Shown piece after piece: positions 17,111-20,000 of a stretch of DNA of 20,000 bases (position 1 is the first letter of the stretch; each line of letters starts with the position of its first letter). Location: positions 56,862 through 76,861 of IMG/VR virus record IMGVR_UViG_3300042868_008205; one strand, written 5' to 3'. The notes under the pieces were generated by a model. It was not told the origin of the DNA. It worked only from the letters and a program-made list of their open reading frames with translations, and did not search any database. Made by a program: the position numbers and the translations under genes. The stretch is from an uncultured virus (IMG/VR IMGVR_UViG_3300042868_008205) (Duplodnaviria; Heunggongvirae; Uroviricota; Caudoviricetes).

Positions 17111-17959
17111 TTATTTTTCTACTGTTGCTAATAAGCCAGTTAATTCAGGAGCAGTATTACCAATTGGAATAAACATTAATGCTAAACAAGCATCAGGGTC
17201 AATTACAGGTATGCCTGGAAGTCCTGTTGTATAATCTCTCCAACCCATTGTCCCTGCGACATTAACAGGTATCCAGGCTAATGGTTGAGCAATGGTAATA
17301 CCGAAGTTCCCTAATGTTCCTGTTGAGGTATTTAATTGCACTGTTTGAATACTTTGTATTCCCGAATCTCCTGCGGCTAAAGGTATTCTTTGCATTCTTG
17401 TTACCTCTCTAAAACCCGTTGCTGCAATATTTATAGTTGAAGTTCTCCCCGATGTCCCTGTCTGATTGGTGTAGGTCATAGTTAATGTTCTTGAGTTACC
17501 GCCTAAATCAATATAAATCTCATAAAACGCTATATTCCCTGTGCCTCCCGTGTAACGGGTTAAAGCAGGAGATGCAGGTGAACCTTGTACAGTTTGTGCT
17601 GCGGTTGAAGTGCCCGAAAGACCGCCTATATGAAATAATCGGTCATATAACAAATAAACCCCTGCTGATAATGGTGTAATAGCTGCACCTATCGAATACT
17701 TATCTCTACCGCCAGTTGCTGGTGTGAAAGGTATTGCACCCTGAGTTGTACGGTCAGGTATTGAACCTGTTGTTGGGACTGCACCTCCTGCGGGCATCCC
17801 ATCATAAGTCCATAACGAGCAACCCCTACCTGATACTGGTGATGTTACTGTAACACCTGATACACGAGGCGTTTTTTGAAAAAAGATATTTTCAGGATTT
17901 CCATTATTGCCTCCTGTTTGTAAGTTAATTAATTCTGATAAATCTGTTATTGCTGCCAT
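17111..17959 (-). CDS. Hypothetical virion protein, paralogue A'
   Basis: Start at 17959 (MAAITDLSELINLQTGG) overlaps the upstream stop as TAATG and gives 282 aa, the same length as paralogue A. Confidence 0.85.
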   Translation of the reverse strand: MAAITDLSELINLQTGGNNGNPENIFFQKTPRVSGVTVTSPVSGRGCSLWTYDGMPAGGAVPTTGSIPDRTTQGAIPFTPATGGRDKYSIGAAITPLSAGVYLLYDRLFHIGGLSGTSTAAQTVQGSPASPALTRYTGGTGNIAFYEIYIDLGGNSRTLTMTYTNQTGTSGRTSTINIAATGFREVTRMQRIPLAAGDSGIQSIQTVQLNTSTGTLGNFGITIAQPLAWIPVNVAGTMGWRDYTTGLPGIPVIDPDACLALMFIPIGNTAPELTGLLATVEK

Positions 17960-18807
17960 TATTTTTCTACTGTTGCTAATGTACCATATATTTCGGGTGG
18001 AGTTGTAGTACCTGCAACAAACATTAATGCTAAACAAGCATCAGGGTTTATGACAGGTATGCCAGGCAATCCTGTTGTGTAATCTCTCCAACCCATTGTA
18101 CCTGTACTATTAATAGGTATCCAAGCTAAAGGTTGTGCGATGGTTATGCCAAAATTCCCTGCGGTTAGCGTTGAGGCGCTTAATTGTATTTCCTGAATTG
18201 ATTGTATTCCCGAATCTCCTGCGGCTAAAGGTATTCTTTGCATTCTTGTTACCTCTCTAAAACCCGTTGCTCCAATATTTATAGTTGAAGTTCTCCCCGA
18301 TGTCCCTGTCTGATTGGTGTAGGTCATAGTTAGTGTTGTTGTGGTTGCTCCTATTTGTGTATAAATCTCATAAAATGCAATGTTACCTGCGCCACCTGTA
18401 TTACGAGTTAGAGCAGGTGAAGCAGGGGAACCTTGAATTGTTTGTGCTGCGGTTGATGTTGCAGATAAACCACCCTCATGAAACAATCTATCATACAATA
18501 AATAAACGCCTGATATAAATGGTGTAATACTCGTATTAATTAAGTGTTTATCTCTACCTCCAGTTGCTGGTGTGAAAGGTATTGCTCCTTGAGTTGTACG
18601 GTCAGGTATTGCACCTGTTGTTGGGACTGCACCTCCTGCGGGCATTCCCTCATAAGTCCAAAAAGAACAACCTCTACCAGCGATTGGGTTTGTTGCTGCA
18701 ACACCTGATACACGAGGCACTTTGTGGTAGAAGATATTTTCGGGATTCCCGTTATTACCTCCTGTTTGTAAGTTAATTAATTCTGATAAATCTGCTATTG
18801 CTGCCAT
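17959..18807 (-). CDS. Hypothetical virion protein, paralogue A
   Basis: 282 aa, MAAIADLSELINLQTGG...LATVEK; shares ALTR, YTNQ.G.SGRTST, FRE and PDACL with B/B'. Confidence 0.85.
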   Translation of the reverse strand: MAAIADLSELINLQTGGNNGNPENIFYHKVPRVSGVAATNPIAGRGCSFWTYEGMPAGGAVPTTGAIPDRTTQGAIPFTPATGGRDKHLINTSITPFISGVYLLYDRLFHEGGLSATSTAAQTIQGSPASPALTRNTGGAGNIAFYEIYTQIGATTTTLTMTYTNQTGTSGRTSTINIGATGFREVTRMQRIPLAAGDSGIQSIQEIQLSASTLTAGNFGITIAQPLAWIPINSTGTMGWRDYTTGLPGIPVINPDACLALMFVAGTTTPPEIYGTLATVEK

Positions 18808-19001
18808 ATTATTCCATTTTGTATTGCGTGTTCTTTTACCTCTATGATTAGGTTAGCTAAATTGTCTAAATTCGTACCTGATTGAAATACTAAACCACCA
18901 CCTTGTGGAAGTATCTCAAAATTATCATTACTAATTTGTAATGCCCAATCTCCACCATCTGATAGATATAGAAATGACTCCGTCTTACTAATTACTTTCA
19001 T
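18795..19001 (-). CDS. Hypothetical protein (68 aa), first gene of the paralogue array unit
   Basis: ATG start after an AT-rich intergenic region; 13-nt overlap with paralogue A. Confidence 0.65.
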   Translation of the reverse strand: MKVISKTESFLYLSDGGDWALQISNDNFEILPQGGGLVFQSGTNLDNLANLIIEVKEHAIQNGIIWQQ

Positions 19002-19042
19002 ATTTTATTTAATTGTGTTATTTGTATGATTATACATAGTGT

Positions 19043-19078
19043 ATATGATAAATATTATATTACTTTTATTTATCATAT
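19043..19078. promoter_or_regulatory. Perfect 12-bp inverted repeat whose arms contain TATTTAT
   Basis: ATATGATAAATA (19043-19054) / TATTTATCATAT (19067-19078), 12-nt spacer, intergenic. Confidence 0.55.
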
Positions 19079-19101
19079 CTTTAATTGAAAAATTTGTAGT
19101 A

Positions 19102-19998
19102 TTACACATATTGTAAATAAATATCACCGTCAACTCCTCCTGAAGGAGCAGCAGTTCCTGATGTTATAACCTTATTAGCACCAAGTGTATTATATGATAC
19201 TGTCCTTGGTGTCGAACCGTCAAAAGAAATTCCTGAAGCATCACCACTCCCTGAGTCATCAAATGTAACAGAATTTGCGGTTACTCCTGTTACCGAAATT
19301 CCTGATGTCCCACTTGAACCGCTAGTTCCCGATGAACCACTTGAACCTGAACCAGAAGTTCCTGAACTTCCACTTGACCCTGAGCCAGATGTTCCTGATG
19401 AACCTGATGAACCTGCTCCTCCTGAAGTTCCTGACGAACCACTTGAACCTGAACCAGATGTTCCTGAAGAACCTGAGCTTCCGCTTGAACCTGAACCAGA
19501 TGTTCCTGAAGAACCTGAGCTTCCGCTAGTACCTGATGAACCACTTGAACCTGAACCAGATGTTCCTGAAGAACCTGAGCTTCCGCTTGAACCTGAACCA
19601 GATGTTCCTGAAGAACCTGAGCTTCCGCTTGAACCTGAACCAGATGTTCCTGATGAACCTGAGCTTCCGCTAGTTCCTGATGAACCTGAGCTTCCGCTAG
19701 TTCCTGATGAACCACTTGAACCTGAACCAGATGTTCCTGAAGAACCTGAGCTTCCGCTAGTTCCTGATGAACCTGAGCTTCCGCTAGTTCCTGATGAACC
19801 TGAGCTTCCGCTAGTTCCTGATGAACCACTTGAACCTGAACCAGATGTTCCTGAAGAACCTGAGCTTCCGCTAGTTCCTGATGAACCTGAGCTTCCGCTA
19901 GTTCCTGATGAACCTGAGCTTCCGCTAGTTCCTGATGAACCACTTGAACCTGAACCAGATGTTCCTGAAGAACCTGAGCTTCCGCTAGTTCCTGATGA
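19102..19998 (-). CDS. C-terminal part of a Gly-Ser-Thr repeat (collagen-like) fibre protein; start lies beyond the window
   Basis: Frame missing from the ORF track: SSGTSGSSGSSGTSGSGSSG... ending GISVTGVTANSVTFDDSGSGDASGISFDGSTPRTVSYNTLGANKVITSGTAAPSGGVDGDIYLQYV*. Confidence 0.85.
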   Translation of the reverse strand, partial: SSGTSGSSGSSGTSGSGSSGSSGTSGSSGSSGTSGSSGSSGTSGSSGSSGTSGSGSSGSSGTSGSSGSSGTSGSSGSSGTSGSSGSSGTSGSGSSGSSGTSGSSGSSGTSGSSGSSGTSGSGSSGSSGSSGTSGSGSSGSSGSSGTSGSGSSGSSGTSGSSGSSGTSGSGSSGSSGSSGTSGSGSSGSSGTSGGAGSSGSSGTSGSGSSGSSGTSGSGSSGSSGTSGSSGTSGISVTGVTANSVTFDDSGSGDASGISFDGSTPRTVSYNTLGANKVITSGTAAPSGGVDGDIYLQYV

Positions 19999-20000
19999 AC
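19300..20000. repeat. Coding tandem repeat array built from 27-, 33- and 42-bp units
   Basis: Unit GAACCTGAGCTTCCGCTAGTTCCTGAT (27 bp) and unit GAACCACTTGAACCTGAACCAGATGTTCCTGAA (33 bp); higher-order 3x27+33 = 114-bp period near the window end. Confidence 0.92.

Larger units (their letters stand above)
15456..18807 (-). repeat. Tandem gene-duplication array A A' B B'
   Basis: Identical blocks 16054-16145 = 16880-16971 and 16214-16288 = 17040-17114 (offset 826); 17354-17484 vs 18202-18332 differ at one base (offset 848). Confidence 0.9.

Noticed and set aside
17960..18037. N-terminal extension of the 308-aa track ORF
   Set aside because: It overlaps paralogue A in another frame; the ATG at 17959 matches the paralogous start.
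876..18776. Short antisense or alternate-frame ORFs (e.g. 876-1082, 4076-4300, 6370-6576, 7792-8112, 8622-8813, 9380-9571, 12946-13173, 14433-14684, 15249-15470, 15503-15742, 15982-16299, 16287-16538, 17485-17679, 18333-18518, 18582-18776)
   Set aside because: All overlap better-supported genes and show no recognisable motifs.
15456..18807. Diversity-generating retroelement template/variable repeat pair
   Set aside because: Differences inspected between paralogues are not adenine-restricted, both copies are full ORFs, and there is no reverse transcriptase in the window.
19290..19943. Track ORF with VHQELAEAQ repeats (and + strand ORF 19332-19529)
   Set aside because: Shadow frames of the repeat; the GSSGTS frame runs on into a recognisable fibre-type C-terminus and stops at 19102.
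19300..20000. Possible CRISPR array
   Set aside because: Units are directly adjacent, multiples of 3 and coding, with no unique spacers.
1..20000. Stop-codon reassignment as seen in some large phages
   Set aside because: Genes are intact and densely packed in code 11; TGA ends the polymerase and TAG ends the RHH ORF at plausible positions.

Overview
AT-rich, gene-dense segment of a large T4-like (jumbo-type) myophage genome in genetic code 11; the lack of Shine-Dalgarno motifs suggests a Bacteroidota host (inference). The + strand carries a 5'-truncated SNF2 helicase, a Mn-type superoxide dismutase fused to a probable PD-(D/E)XK nuclease-like domain, a gp13-like neck protein and a small fibre-module protein. 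The - strand carries a family B DNA polymerase, a BppU-like protein and a translationally coupled four-gene glycosyltransferase operon (GT60-like polypeptide GlcNAc transferase, GT25, HtrL-like, HtrL+GT-A fusion). Upstream of that operon lie a Pro/Thr-rich small protein, a Gly-rich/LamG protein, four tandem paralogues (A A' B B') and the end of a Gly-Ser-Thr repeat fibre protein. An RHH + HNH cassette sits on the opposite strand between the BppU-like gene and the operon. Best leads: (1) a possible phage-encoded O-glycosylation pathway for its own Ser/Thr-rich virion proteins; (2) the SOD-nuclease fusion flanked by prohead-protease-like (I/L)xE sites; (3) the four-paralogue array with patchy identity; (4) a recurrent sense-strand TATTTAT upstream motif. 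All family calls are from motif recognition by eye; no searches were run.
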